Assembly (NCBI RefSeq): GCF_041886205.1
Contig: NZ_CP169029.1
Source of the DNA: Escherichia coli
Lineage (GTDB): Bacteria > Pseudomonadota > Gammaproteobacteria > Enterobacterales > Enterobacteriaceae
DNA: 64,000 nucleotides
Direction: 5' to 3' (one strand)
How positions within the stretch are numbered: the first letter of the stretch is position 1; the number at the start of each line of letters is the position of its first letter. This document shows positions 48,301-57,016 of the stretch, in pieces. The notes under the pieces were generated by a model. That model was not told where the DNA came from. It was given only the letters and a program-made list of their open reading frames with translations, and did no database searches. The position numbers were made by a program, and so were the translations under genes.

Positions 48301-51196
48301 ACCCCACAAGAACGCCACCGGACATAAGATAAGGATGGGACGTTTGCCAGTAGGATTTACTGATGATATTACCATCGCTGTCCAGTTCGGGAATAAAGCC
48401 ATCGACATTGATTTCCCCGGCGTTGGTCGCCGTGCCTTTAGATGCGGCGACGGCATAAATCCCCGCCCCCTGCAGATTCATGGTGGCGTCGGATTCATTG
48501 ATCACGCTGCCATCATTACTGGCCCACAGACCATAGTTGGCACCGAAATACCATTTCAGAGGGGCTTCAGATATCCCTCCGGCAAAAGCAGGCGTCGTTA
48601 CAGAAAGCAGATTTATCACGCCACCCGACGCATTCGTAACCTGAGAATTCTGGCCACGAGCACGCATTGTCCCCACCGTGGTGAATTGCTCACCGCTAGG
48701 TTTGACATTAATAGTTCCACTATTAGTGATATGTGCACCATTGTTAGCCATCATTAAATCCTGGCTATCCAGCGTGTTAATCACACCTTTGTTTTCAACG
48801 CCGGACTGACTGCCAGTAGCAGAAATAAGCGCACGATTATCGAAGAAATAGTCGGTATCTCTGACTTTACTGGATATATCCGTTACAGAGTTTTTATCAA
48901 ATATAACATTTCCACCGTCCGCCACCGTGACCAACGTAAAGGCACCCACTACCTGACGGATATCCATAGTTGAATGGCCACTAATGTTAACTGTATTATC
49001 ACCAATAATTGATATACCATCTATGATATGCGCGGAGCTATCCCCAGCAACATTAATACCACCATCGATATTAATGGTATTATTCGTACCGGAAACGACC
49101 ATGCCATTCGCCAAGTGATCTTGATATATTAATACACCTTCCACCGTAATATTAACATGACCACTAATATCCACCGTGTTATTTTCACCACTGATCACGC
49201 CGCCGCTTATCGGAGTGATTTGTGCATCAGCGTTATCGCCGAGACTGGAATTAATATTAATGCTTCCGTCAACGCTAATATGGCTGTCATTACCCGTCAG
49301 GCTGAAACCTGTAGCACCCGGCGCATTGCCTTCGCTATCTGGTTGCTGGAATACGTTAATATCTCCGCTTAATTCAACCTGCTCACGGTCACCCACAATG
49401 GATACCCCAGTTCCGTATCGCGAAACATCAATTTCGCCCACGTTACCAAAAACTTCATCATCACCATCTATCAGAACTCCCACAGAACCGGAATCCGTAA
49501 CAACAATCTTGCCTTTATTACTTATCTGCGAGTTATTACCGGCGATATAAATACCCGTTGCCCCTCCGCTGACGTAGAGGTCACCTTCCTGGCTAATTGT
49601 TGCATTGTGCCCAGCAACTTTTGTCCCTACCGCATTCTCACCGTCAACCGTCATATCCCCGGCGATATTCATCTCATTGCCATCGCCAGTGATGGTTATA
49701 CCGGTGGCATTCTCACCCAAAATATTAAGATCATAGGTCGCCAGGGTAATACTATTGTTGTCGCCGATAATCTCCATGCCGGTTGTATCGTCTTTAACCA
49801 ACATCGAGCCAGCAAGCGAAATACTGCTGCTGTCCCCGGTGATTTTTACACCAGTACCGTTATTTGTCGTGGTGATGTCCCCCACATTGACAAAGGTAGT
49901 ATTATCACCATTGATTAACACGCCATAGGGGTTTCCATCACCGTCCGCCTGACCAACATTGATATCACCAATGTTCATAAAGGTTGTCTGATCGCCATCC
50001 AGCAACACACCGATGGAACTGTCATCCACCACAGTAATATTACCTTTATTACTGATGACAGTACCCTTACCCTCGGCGTCAATACCGTGTGCGCCACCGC
50101 TGACGTATAAGTCACCCTGCTGCCTTACAATGGCATCTTCGCCGATAATTTTTGACCCCGTTGAATTTGCACCATCAACGGTCATGTCGCCTTTGATTTC
50201 AACGCGGGCATCATCCCCTGTAATCACACTCCCCGTGCCTCCATTCGCGATTTCAACATCACCAACGGTGTCCAGCGTGGTACGATCGCCATTAACAATA
50301 ACTGCCGCCCCACCATCAACTTCCGTCTCACCATTATTAGTAATGGTGATATCATCACCGGTAAGAATACCTACCACCGAACCTTCACCAATCGCGGTAG
50401 TTTTGCCATCGTTGTTCAGGGTGATGTCGTTACCGTCAACGTTTATCACAACGCCGCCATTCAGCGCGATGTTGCCGCCATGGTCGGTAATAGTGGCATC
50501 GTTAATATGGAAATGTTCGCCAGTTGTACCGTCTGCGGTGGTGAGTGACTCTATGATTATTTCGATTTTTCCCGCTTCGTCATAGCGCCAGGTGGAGGTT
50601 CCGCCAGGATTGACGCCATTGAACGAAGCCGTGTTAGCCGCCTCGTCGACTAACCAATCCTTCACGATTGTGGTAGTGCCGCCAGGTCCGGTAAGCGTAT
50701 AGCTGCCATCGTCATTTTTGGTGTAGGTAAAGGTGGTATCACGTAATTTTAGGGTCTTCGCGTCCTGATCCCAGGTGACATCGTTTTTATAGACCACAGG
50801 ATCGTGTTTGACTGGCGTGTCATCGCCACCGTCGTCCGGGGTATCATCGCCGCCATCATCCGGCGGGACAGGTGTGTCGCCGCCATCATCCGGCACCGGA
50901 GACGGATCGTCATGATGATTATTATTATCGTGGAGTGCATATACTGCGACGCCTGTGACTGCCGCTGCCAGCCCCACTGCAGCCCAGGGTAATAACTCAT
51001 TATCTTCAACTGATTTACACTCTGCCGGCAGCTTTTCTAGCTGTTCTTTACTTAGTGATTTAATATTAGCCGGGCAGCTAATCTTGCTGGATTTACGAGA
51101 TTCATCCGATGTTTCCGCTATCGACGTATCTGCCGCCCATGTCTGACTGCTTAACGCCATTGCAACACAGACACTGAGCAATTTTTTCCTTTGCAT
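45311..51196 (-). CDS. ydbA: Intact autotransporter YdbA, 1961 aa (signal peptide, repetitive beta-helix passenger, C-terminal beta-barrel)
   Basis: Single ORF 45311..51196; signal peptide MQRKKLLSVCVAMALSSQTWA; GD/GN-rich repeats; C-terminal barrel ending KKTF; SD GAGGA upstream of ATG. Confidence 0.85.
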   Translation of the reverse strand: MQRKKLLSVCVAMALSSQTWAADTSIAETSDESRKSSKISCPANIKSLSKEQLEKLPAECKSVEDNELLPWAAVGLAAAVTGVAVYALHDNNNHHDDPSPVPDDGGDTPVPPDDGGDDTPDDGGDDTPVKHDPVVYKNDVTWDQDAKTLKLRDTTFTYTKNDDGSYTLTGPGGTTTIVKDWLVDEAANTASFNGVNPGGTSTWRYDEAGKIEIIIESLTTADGTTGEHFHINDATITDHGGNIALNGGVVINVDGNDITLNNDGKTTAIGEGSVVGILTGDDITITNNGETEVDGGAAVIVNGDRTTLDTVGDVEIANGGTGSVITGDDARVEIKGDMTVDGANSTGSKIIGEDAIVRQQGDLYVSGGAHGIDAEGKGTVISNKGNITVVDDSSIGVLLDGDQTTFMNIGDINVGQADGDGNPYGVLINGDNTTFVNVGDITTTNNGTGVKITGDSSSISLAGSMLVKDDTTGMEIIGDNNSITLATYDLNILGENATGITITGDGNEMNIAGDMTVDGENAVGTKVAGHNATISQEGDLYVSGGATGIYIAGNNSQISNKGKIVVTDSGSVGVLIDGDDEVFGNVGEIDVSRYGTGVSIVGDREQVELSGDINVFQQPDSEGNAPGATGFSLTGNDSHISVDGSININSSLGDNADAQITPISGGVISGENNTVDISGHVNITVEGVLIYQDHLANGMVVSGTNNTINIDGGINVAGDSSAHIIDGISIIGDNTVNISGHSTMDIRQVVGAFTLVTVADGGNVIFDKNSVTDISSKVRDTDYFFDNRALISATGSQSGVENKGVINTLDSQDLMMANNGAHITNSGTINVKPSGEQFTTVGTMRARGQNSQVTNASGGVINLLSVTTPAFAGGISEAPLKWYFGANYGLWASNDGSVINESDATMNLQGAGIYAVAASKGTATNAGEINVDGFIPELDSDGNIISKSYWQTSHPYLMSGGVLVGSTDIGNGDASGLNTGTINVNNEGFGMLAMSGGTVVNQGTINLTADEGVTKQQENQLFAVGAINSGMAINDITGVINIDTNIGQAFYSDGTGIIINYGRFCTFGICQSADEYNQGDNYVSLQYSGGDILVADGESTNFINSVVITDAVPGSVINAGTASGSDINVRSGTLENASTGIINSMVKLAPDAVIDNAGSMGNIDAQGGVLNNEGTINGNVTMYAGASTNLVNNSGTISNVVQKSGVFNNSGTVSKRIIQTSGIFNNLQDGKVDNGSALTGDAWVNNEGTWRLGSSSGGNNAGMLEVNNNAVFNNSGEFILDNNKNAVHINQSGTLYNTGHMDISNSSHNGAVNMWGGNGRFINDGTIDVSAKSLVVSANNAGDQSAFFWNLDNGVINFDHDSTSAVKFTHSNFIAQNDGTMNISGTGAVAMEGDKNAQLVNTGTINLGTEGTTDTGMIGMQLDANATADAVIENNGTINIFANDSFAFSVLGTEGHVVNNGTVVIADGVTGSGLIKQGDSVNVEGVNGNNGNNTELHYGDYTLPDVPNPTTVSLTPGSDAVDGGMNNLNGYVVGTSADGSAGKLRVNNASMNGVGINTGFTACTADTTVNFDNVVEGSNLTDADAITSTSVVWTAKGSTDASGNVDVTMSKNAYTDVATDASVNDIAKALDAGYTNNELFTSLNVGTTAELNSALKQVSGSQATTVFREARVLSNRFSMLADAAPKVGNGLAFNVVAKGDPRAELGNNTEYDMLALRKTIDLSESQTMSLEYGIARLDGDGAQKAGDNGVTGGYSQFFGLKHQMSFDNGMNWNNALRYDVHNLDSSRSIAFSNTNKTADTDVKQQYLEFRSEGAKTFEPSEGLKVTPYAGVKLRHTLEGGYKERNAGDFNLNMNSGSETAVDSIVGLKLDYAGKDGWSANATLEGGPNLSYAKSQRTASLAGAGSQHFNVDDGQKGGGINSLASVGVKYSSKESSLNLDAYNWKEDGISDKGVMLNFKKTF
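50818..50896. repeat. Imperfect tandem repeat (three ~24-30-bp units) encoding Pro/Asp/Gly-rich linker in ydbA
   Basis: Repeated TCGCCGCCATCATCCGG units encoding PDDGGD(D)TP x3. Confidence 0.6.
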
Positions 51197-51597
51197 ATGA
51201 AATTCCTCATAAATAGATGATTACGCAGCCCAGATAAACTGCACAGGGTTAAATAGTTACAAATATTCGAAATCTGGATATTGTTTTTAACAGAATAAAT
51301 ATATTGATTTAGCGAATGCATTTATTCATTAAGTCAATACATCTTTTCTTTAATTTATATTTTTAACGCATTTATTTCAACTTAAAATATGACGCAATTG
51401 AGATTAAATCCGATAACACTGATGAATTAAATAATGCAATTAATTCATGAAATAAATAAATTATCATGTGAATGAAGCATTCATCATCGGCATCTATATG
51501 AAATTAAATGAAAAATAATTCTCAATAGCATTGCAGTTAATATTGAATATTTCAGGAGGTACAACCAGGCAGATTTTTCTCGACGAATACCGACTTA
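51197..51597. promoter_or_regulatory. Highly AT-rich 400-bp intergenic region upstream of ydbA (probable promoter / nucleoid-protein-bound region)
   Basis: Long AT-rich tracts between ydbL stop and ydbA start. Confidence 0.4.
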
Positions 51598-51924
51598 TTA
51601 TTTTTGCAACCACATTCCGTTTATCCCGCGAATGTATTCTCCCGGCTTAGCTTTTGCTACCAGTTTCTGCCCCGCCAATTTTTCCACTTCCGCAACCGGC
51701 AGATTATTTTTCATGGCGAGTTGTTGATAGCTCTTATTACGCGATTCATTAATCCTTTTGACTAACATCTGTGTTTCGGTATCCGCCTTTAATGCAACCA
51801 GATAACCATTATACGTTTCGCCAACACGCCCCTGAGTTCGAGCGTCATCCAGCGTCAGAGCCATCGCACTGGTGCTAAATAAGGCATTAATGACAAAACA
51901 CAGTATTAAACTTCTCTTCATCAT
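51598..51924 (-). CDS. ydbL: Periplasmic protein YdbL (DUF1318), 108 aa
   Basis: ORF 51598..52002; ATG at 51924 (MMKRSLILCFVINALFSTSAMA signal peptide). Confidence 0.8.
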   Translation of the reverse strand: MMKRSLILCFVINALFSTSAMALTLDDARTQGRVGETYNGYLVALKADTETQMLVKRINESRNKSYQQLAMKNNLPVAEVEKLAGQKLVAKAKPGEYIRGINGMWLQK

Positions 51925-51928
51925 CGCC

Positions 51929-52114
51929 TCAGAAAAGATCGCTACGAGTTTCAAGCAGCTCTTCGACATCTTTGTCTGCCTTGATGATGATCTCATGCTC
52001 AATTTTAACGTTCATATTGATAGTGATCGGTTCCTTAGGTGCAGCGACTTCAATGCGAGGCGTACAGCCAACCAGCATAAAAGATGACGTCAACGCAGCC
52101 AGTAAAATTTTCAT
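51929..52114 (-). CDS. ynbE: Lipoprotein YnbE, 61 aa
   Basis: ORF 51929..52114; lipobox LVGC; start overlaps ydbH stop. Confidence 0.8.
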   Translation of the reverse strand: MKILLAALTSSFMLVGCTPRIEVAAPKEPITINMNVKIEHEIIIKADKDVEELLETRSDLF

Positions 52115-54750
52115 TGTTTTTCCTCACACTCTTTTCCTTGCGGACAGTCATTTCCCGGCAGACGTGCGTTCTGCTCCAACCATGCCTGGAGATTATCGCC
52201 AAAGCGTAAACTGCGCCACAGCGTAAAAATATTCTCTTCATGATGGTAATTAAGGTTTACCGTACCGCTTTTACCATCAACGCGACTGGTACCTGTAATG
52301 TTGGCCTGCATGGTTAATAAACCGAGATTATCTAAATTAATATTTGTCGATGAACGGCTAATTTCCATATAGCGCAACCAGTTAATTGCTGAACCCGCAG
52401 TCATATTGTCTTTCACCACCGCATCTGCGGTGTCTTTATCCAGCCGCAAGGTCATTGGCCCGCTATTTGCCAGCCAACCATCTTTCACTATCCATTTTTC
52501 GTTGTTTAGCCATAACGGCAATGCACCACTAAATGCCCCGGACATGGCGAATTGTTTCGGATTGACGGCGCTAACCAGTTCGCTGGATGAGAGATTATTC
52601 AGCCGCAACAGCGCCGAGTCATGTTGCGGCATACGTAATTGTTTCATCAGTACGTTACCGCCTAACACATCGACGCTAACATCAGTCAACAGTAATGGTT
52701 CTTCTTCAGTCCACGGATAACGCCCTTGCAAATCAGCCGTAATATTTTTCGCTGTCACCAGATTAATCACTTCGGCAATTCGCAACGTAACGGGGCCGCG
52801 AGTCCCCAGATGCCAGGCTCCATCGGCAAAACGGAAAGGCAGGACAAAATCGACACCGTTAACCTGATTATCTGGCATCCAGGCACTACCGCCTTTCAAC
52901 ACGCCGTGCCCTCCCGCGCGGAATCCTTGTTCAGGCGCAGCAGAAAATGCAACCTGAGCATACAGTTCACCATCGCGTAAGTTCATCTTCCAGTCGGGTG
53001 GCACCAGCGGCTGGAATACAGTCAGTGATTGTTTAGGCCACCAGGCGTTACCGCGCAGACGAATACCGTCCCAGCGACCATTTACCCGAACCGGGCCAAT
53101 CTCACCAGCATGTAAATCGCCTTTAAAGAGGAAATAGGTCGGATCGCGCCCATCGACGCTAAATTTTAAGGTTGATGGCGGTAACACACTGCCGCCAGTG
53201 AACAGCGTTTGCCCGGCGTCCAGTGACAGCGCGCCGCTAAAAGAGGGATGCTGTGCGTCACGTACCCAGACGACGGGCTTGTCGAGAATTAATCGCGGCT
53301 TTTCTACCGTCATCGTACCGTATTGTAACTGGTCGAAACCGGTGGAGAGATCGGTCAGTGTAATCGTGCTGTCATGCCACTCACCCTTTCCTGCGACATC
53401 CCAGGTGGCATTCATCGGTGTAAAACTGCCTTTTCCCCAGTAGCGCCACTGCCAGCGGCCAGCGTCAGGGAGAAAATCATTCGCCAGCCCATCCATATGC
53501 AGCACGAAATCGCCCAGTTCATTTTCATGCGCCTGCAAAATGGCCTGCAAACGTCCGTCAACACCACGTTGGGTGACTTTTACACCCGCTAAAGGCCAGC
53601 GGATTTCATCGATGTCCAGCGAATCGATGACTCTTCCCTTCGAACGTAATAACGCGCCGGGCTCAAAGGCCAGCGTTGGGTCAGTCAGACTTCCACTTAG
53701 CTGCGCGGGTAAGCGGGCATATAAAATGAGGTCCGCCTGTTTCGCTTCACCGGTCAGCTGTAAAGGCAGCTGGCTGTTATCCATGCTTAATTTTCCTGGG
53801 CCAAAATTAAGCACCGCGTTGCCCTTACCCGCTTGCCCCTGGGTCAGCACACTCAGTCGTCCGCTGACCAAAGCGTTCTCAAGCCCTGCCTGCCAGTTGT
53901 CGACTTTGACACCCAGTCGGCCACTCAAAGGAAAACCTGCATACGGCCAGCTCCAGCGACCATCGCTTACGGTCAATTGTTGACGAGTAATTTGCCACGG
54001 CAAATCGAGCAACGGATCGCCGTTATCCCGTGCCAGCACGATCAATTGCCCGCTATTTTCCTGCCAGTCCAGCTCGGCATCCACCAGTGACGGTTCCTGA
54101 GGCAAGTTTAACGTCGCAGTAGCATGACCACTTACAGGAAGTCCATCCGGCACTAGCGGCATAGTAAATTCCCCCACCAGTTTTACCGGCGGCTGATTTT
54201 CAAACGCGACGACATCCAGTTCGCTGACTGTAAGTTGTTGCCCTTTCAGCTGGCCTTGAAATTTAACTTTTTCGCCCTGATAACGCAGTTGCTGGATATC
54301 AGAGGTTAATGCGAGAGAGAGTTTTCCCTGCCATTCCTGCCAGGGAGAAAAAATCAGTTTATCGATATTGATCCAGGTGTTAGGCAGCATGGACTGCCAC
54401 TGCGCGAGGGTTTTTGGAGCAGCTGGCGATTGCTCCGTCTGCGGCAATTTCGCCAGACAAGCAGAATCAAGTTCTACCGTGCCGACGTTCAATAACCAGC
54501 GGCTCGAATGTGAAAGGCTGGCGTTGGTGATATGCGCAAGCTGACAATCTCCCACCAGATAACGGAGATCGGGAATGATTAAACCTTTACGCGTAATGCG
54601 TGGGCTTTCATCTAATGCAATACGTGTCCCGAGCGGTAGCCAGATGCCCGCCAGTGTGGGAACCCACAGCCCGAGCGTCATCAGCAGCGTCAACGGCACA
54701 AGAATAATCAGTAATAACAGCGCGAGAACGGCTTTATATTTACCCAGCAT
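52111..54750 (-). CDS. ydbH: AsmA-family envelope protein YdbH, 879 aa
   Basis: ORF 52111..54750; N-terminal TM anchor, large periplasmic beta-rich domain. Confidence 0.9.
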   Translation of the reverse strand: MLGKYKAVLALLLLIILVPLTLLMTLGLWVPTLAGIWLPLGTRIALDESPRITRKGLIIPDLRYLVGDCQLAHITNASLSHSSRWLLNVGTVELDSACLAKLPQTEQSPAAPKTLAQWQSMLPNTWINIDKLIFSPWQEWQGKLSLALTSDIQQLRYQGEKVKFQGQLKGQQLTVSELDVVAFENQPPVKLVGEFTMPLVPDGLPVSGHATATLNLPQEPSLVDAELDWQENSGQLIVLARDNGDPLLDLPWQITRQQLTVSDGRWSWPYAGFPLSGRLGVKVDNWQAGLENALVSGRLSVLTQGQAGKGNAVLNFGPGKLSMDNSQLPLQLTGEAKQADLILYARLPAQLSGSLTDPTLAFEPGALLRSKGRVIDSLDIDEIRWPLAGVKVTQRGVDGRLQAILQAHENELGDFVLHMDGLANDFLPDAGRWQWRYWGKGSFTPMNATWDVAGKGEWHDSTITLTDLSTGFDQLQYGTMTVEKPRLILDKPVVWVRDAQHPSFSGALSLDAGQTLFTGGSVLPPSTLKFSVDGRDPTYFLFKGDLHAGEIGPVRVNGRWDGIRLRGNAWWPKQSLTVFQPLVPPDWKMNLRDGELYAQVAFSAAPEQGFRAGGHGVLKGGSAWMPDNQVNGVDFVLPFRFADGAWHLGTRGPVTLRIAEVINLVTAKNITADLQGRYPWTEEEPLLLTDVSVDVLGGNVLMKQLRMPQHDSALLRLNNLSSSELVSAVNPKQFAMSGAFSGALPLWLNNEKWIVKDGWLANSGPMTLRLDKDTADAVVKDNMTAGSAINWLRYMEISRSSTNINLDNLGLLTMQANITGTSRVDGKSGTVNLNYHHEENIFTLWRSLRFGDNLQAWLEQNARLPGNDCPQGKECEEKQ

Positions 54751-54957
54751 GGGTAGTTAATATCCTGATTTAGCGAAAAATTAAGCATTCAATACGGGTA
54801 TTGTGGCATGTTTAACCGTTCAGTTGAAGGTTGCGCCTACACTAAGCATAGTTGTTGATGAATTTTTCAATATCGCCATAGCTTTCAATTATATTTGAGA
54901 TTTTGTAAAATATTTTTAGTAGCTTAAATGTGATTCAACATCACTGGAGAAAGTCTT

Positions 54958-55947
54958 ATGAAACTCGCCGTTTATAGCACAAAACAGTACGACAAGAAGT
55001 ACCTGCAACAGGTGAACGAGTCCTTTGGCTTTGAGCTGGAATTTTTTGACTTTCTGCTGACGGAAAAAACCGCTAAAACGGCCAATGGCTGCGAAGCGGT
55101 ATGTATTTTCGTAAACGATGACGGCAGCCGCCCGGTGCTGGAAGAGCTGAAAAAGCACGGCGTTAAATATATCGCCCTGCGCTGTGCCGGTTTCAATAAC
55201 GTCGACCTTGACGCGGCAAAAGAACTGGGGCTGAAAGTAGTCCGTGTTCCAGCCTATGATCCAGAGGCCGTTGCTGAACACGCCATCGGTATGATGATGA
55301 CGCTGAACCGCCGTATTCACCGCGCGTATCAGCGTACCCGTGACGCTAACTTCTCTCTGGAAGGTCTGACCGGCTTTACTATGTATGGCAAAACGGCAGG
55401 CGTTATCGGTACCGGTAAAATCGGTGTGGCGATGCTGCGCATTCTGAAAGGTTTTGGTATGCGTCTGCTGGCGTTCGATCCATATCCCAGTGCAGCGGCG
55501 CTGGAACTCGGTGTGGAGTATGTCGATCTGCCAACCCTGTTCTCTGAATCAGACGTTATCTCTCTGCACTGCCCGCTGACACCGGAAAACTACCATCTGT
55601 TGAACGAAGCCGCCTTCGATCAGATGAAAAATGGTGTGATGATCGTCAATACCAGTCGCGGTGCATTGATTGATTCTCAGGCGGCAATTGAAGCGCTGAA
55701 AAATCAGAAAATTGGTTCGTTGGGTATGGACGTGTATGAGAACGAACGCGATCTGTTCTTTGAAGATAAATCCAACGACGTAATTCAGGATGACGTATTC
55801 CGTCGCCTGTCTGCCTGCCACAACGTGCTGTTTACCGGGCACCAGGCATTCCTGACAGCAGAAGCTCTGACCAGTATTTCTCAGACTACGCTGCAAAACT
55901 TAAGCAATCTGGAAAAAGGCGAAACCTGCCCGAACGAACTGGTTTAA
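54958..55947 (+). CDS. ldhA: Fermentative D-lactate dehydrogenase LdhA, 329 aa
   Basis: ORF 54958..55947; D-2-hydroxyacid dehydrogenase family, NAD-binding GxGxxG. Confidence 0.95.
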   Translation: MKLAVYSTKQYDKKYLQQVNESFGFELEFFDFLLTEKTAKTANGCEAVCIFVNDDGSRPVLEELKKHGVKYIALRCAGFNNVDLDAAKELGLKVVRVPAYDPEAVAEHAIGMMMTLNRRIHRAYQRTRDANFSLEGLTGFTMYGKTAGVIGTGKIGVAMLRILKGFGMRLLAFDPYPSAAALELGVEYVDLPTLFSESDVISLHCPLTPENYHLLNEAAFDQMKNGVMIVNTSRGALIDSQAAIEALKNQKIGSLGMDVYENERDLFFEDKSNDVIQDDVFRRLSACHNVLFTGHQAFLTAEALTSISQTTLQNLSNLEKGETCPNELV

Positions 55948-55953
55948 TCTTGC

Positions 55954-55976
55954 CGCTCCCCTGCATTCCAGGGGAG
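55954..55976 (+). terminator. Probable terminator hairpin after ldhA
   Basis: CTCCCCTG-cattc-CAGGGGAG hairpin after stop; weak U-tract. Confidence 0.4.
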
Positions 55977-56057
55977 CTTATTCAGATAATCCCCAAAGAC
56001 CTTTCATCCTCTATTCTTAAAATAGCCCTGAGTCAGAAACTGTAATTGAGAACCACA

Positions 56058-56480
56058 ATGAAGAAAGTAGCCTCGCTTGTTGCGCTAAGCCTGCTGATGG
56101 CGGGATGTGTAAGTAGTGACAAAATTGCTGTAACGCCAGAACAGTTACAGCATCATCGCTTTGTGCTGGAAAGCGTAAACGGTAAGCCCGTGACCAGCGA
56201 TAAAAATCCGCCAGAAATCAGCTTTGGTGAAAAAATGATGATTTCCGGCAGCATGTGTAACCGCTTTAGCGGTGAAGGCAAACTGTCTAATGGTGAACTG
56301 ACCGCCAAAGGGCTGGCCATGACCCGTATGATGTGCGCTAACCCGCAGCTTAATGAACTCGATAACACCATTAGCGAAATGCTGAAAGAAGGTGCACAAG
56401 TGGATCTGACCGCGAACCAGTTAACGCTGGCAACCGCGAAACAGACATTAACTTATAAGCTAGCGGATTTAATGAATTAA
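56058..56480 (+). CDS. hslJ: Heat-shock lipoprotein HslJ, 140 aa
   Basis: ORF 56046..56480; ATG at 56058 (MKKVASLVALSLLMAGC lipobox). Confidence 0.85.
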   Translation: MKKVASLVALSLLMAGCVSSDKIAVTPEQLQHHRFVLESVNGKPVTSDKNPPEISFGEKMMISGSMCNRFSGEGKLSNGELTAKGLAMTRMMCANPQLNELDNTISEMLKEGAQVDLTANQLTLATAKQTLTYKLADLMN

Positions 56481-56743
56481 TAGCTGCCACAGCTCCCGGC
56501 GGCAAGTGACTGTTCGCTACAGCGTTTGCCGTTGGGTAATGCACACATCCCAATCGCCGTACCATCCAGTTGACGGGCAACAGAAAGCGAACCGCCGATC
56601 ATTGCACAATTTGCTTCTCCACTACTGGACATCGACGCTTTTAAACCTGGCGCTACGTGCGCCGCAGTCGCCTGCTGAACAGGTTCACTACTACACGCCG
56701 ACAACAATAAAGCGGCACCCCCTACCCAAAACGCTGCTCGCAT
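56477..56743 (-). CDS. ydbJ: Lipoprotein YdbJ (DUF333), 88 aa
   Basis: ORF 56477..56743; signal peptide with lipobox LSAC. Confidence 0.8.
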   Translation of the reverse strand: MRAAFWVGGAALLLSACSSEPVQQATAAHVAPGLKASMSSSGEANCAMIGGSLSVARQLDGTAIGMCALPNGKRCSEQSLAAGSCGSY

Positions 56744-57016
56744 CTTTTCTTCCTCTGATCTTCAAGCCAAACGACACCGCCATAAATAATAGGCAGCACA
56801 GAGGGCGACGTCGAGAGCTGTCCTGCGCGTTGCCCCGCATTTTTACTTTTTTATGGCTATTTTTTTGCCCTCTGTTTGATCAAAACATTCATTACGCTGA
56901 TGTGGGGGACACAAAAGCGAAAATGCAGAAGAAAGCCATTTGCTAAAATTGAAAGATTACTACTGGGCGCGCAGCAATTTCGTGCGCCCCTCATTTGCGC
57001 AATGTAAGGGTGTCAT

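Noticed and set aside
45476-50585. Several plus-strand ORFs (up to 202 aa) inside ydbA
   Set aside because: Antisense to the repetitive autotransporter passenger region; low-complexity translations consistent with repeat-driven spurious ORFs.
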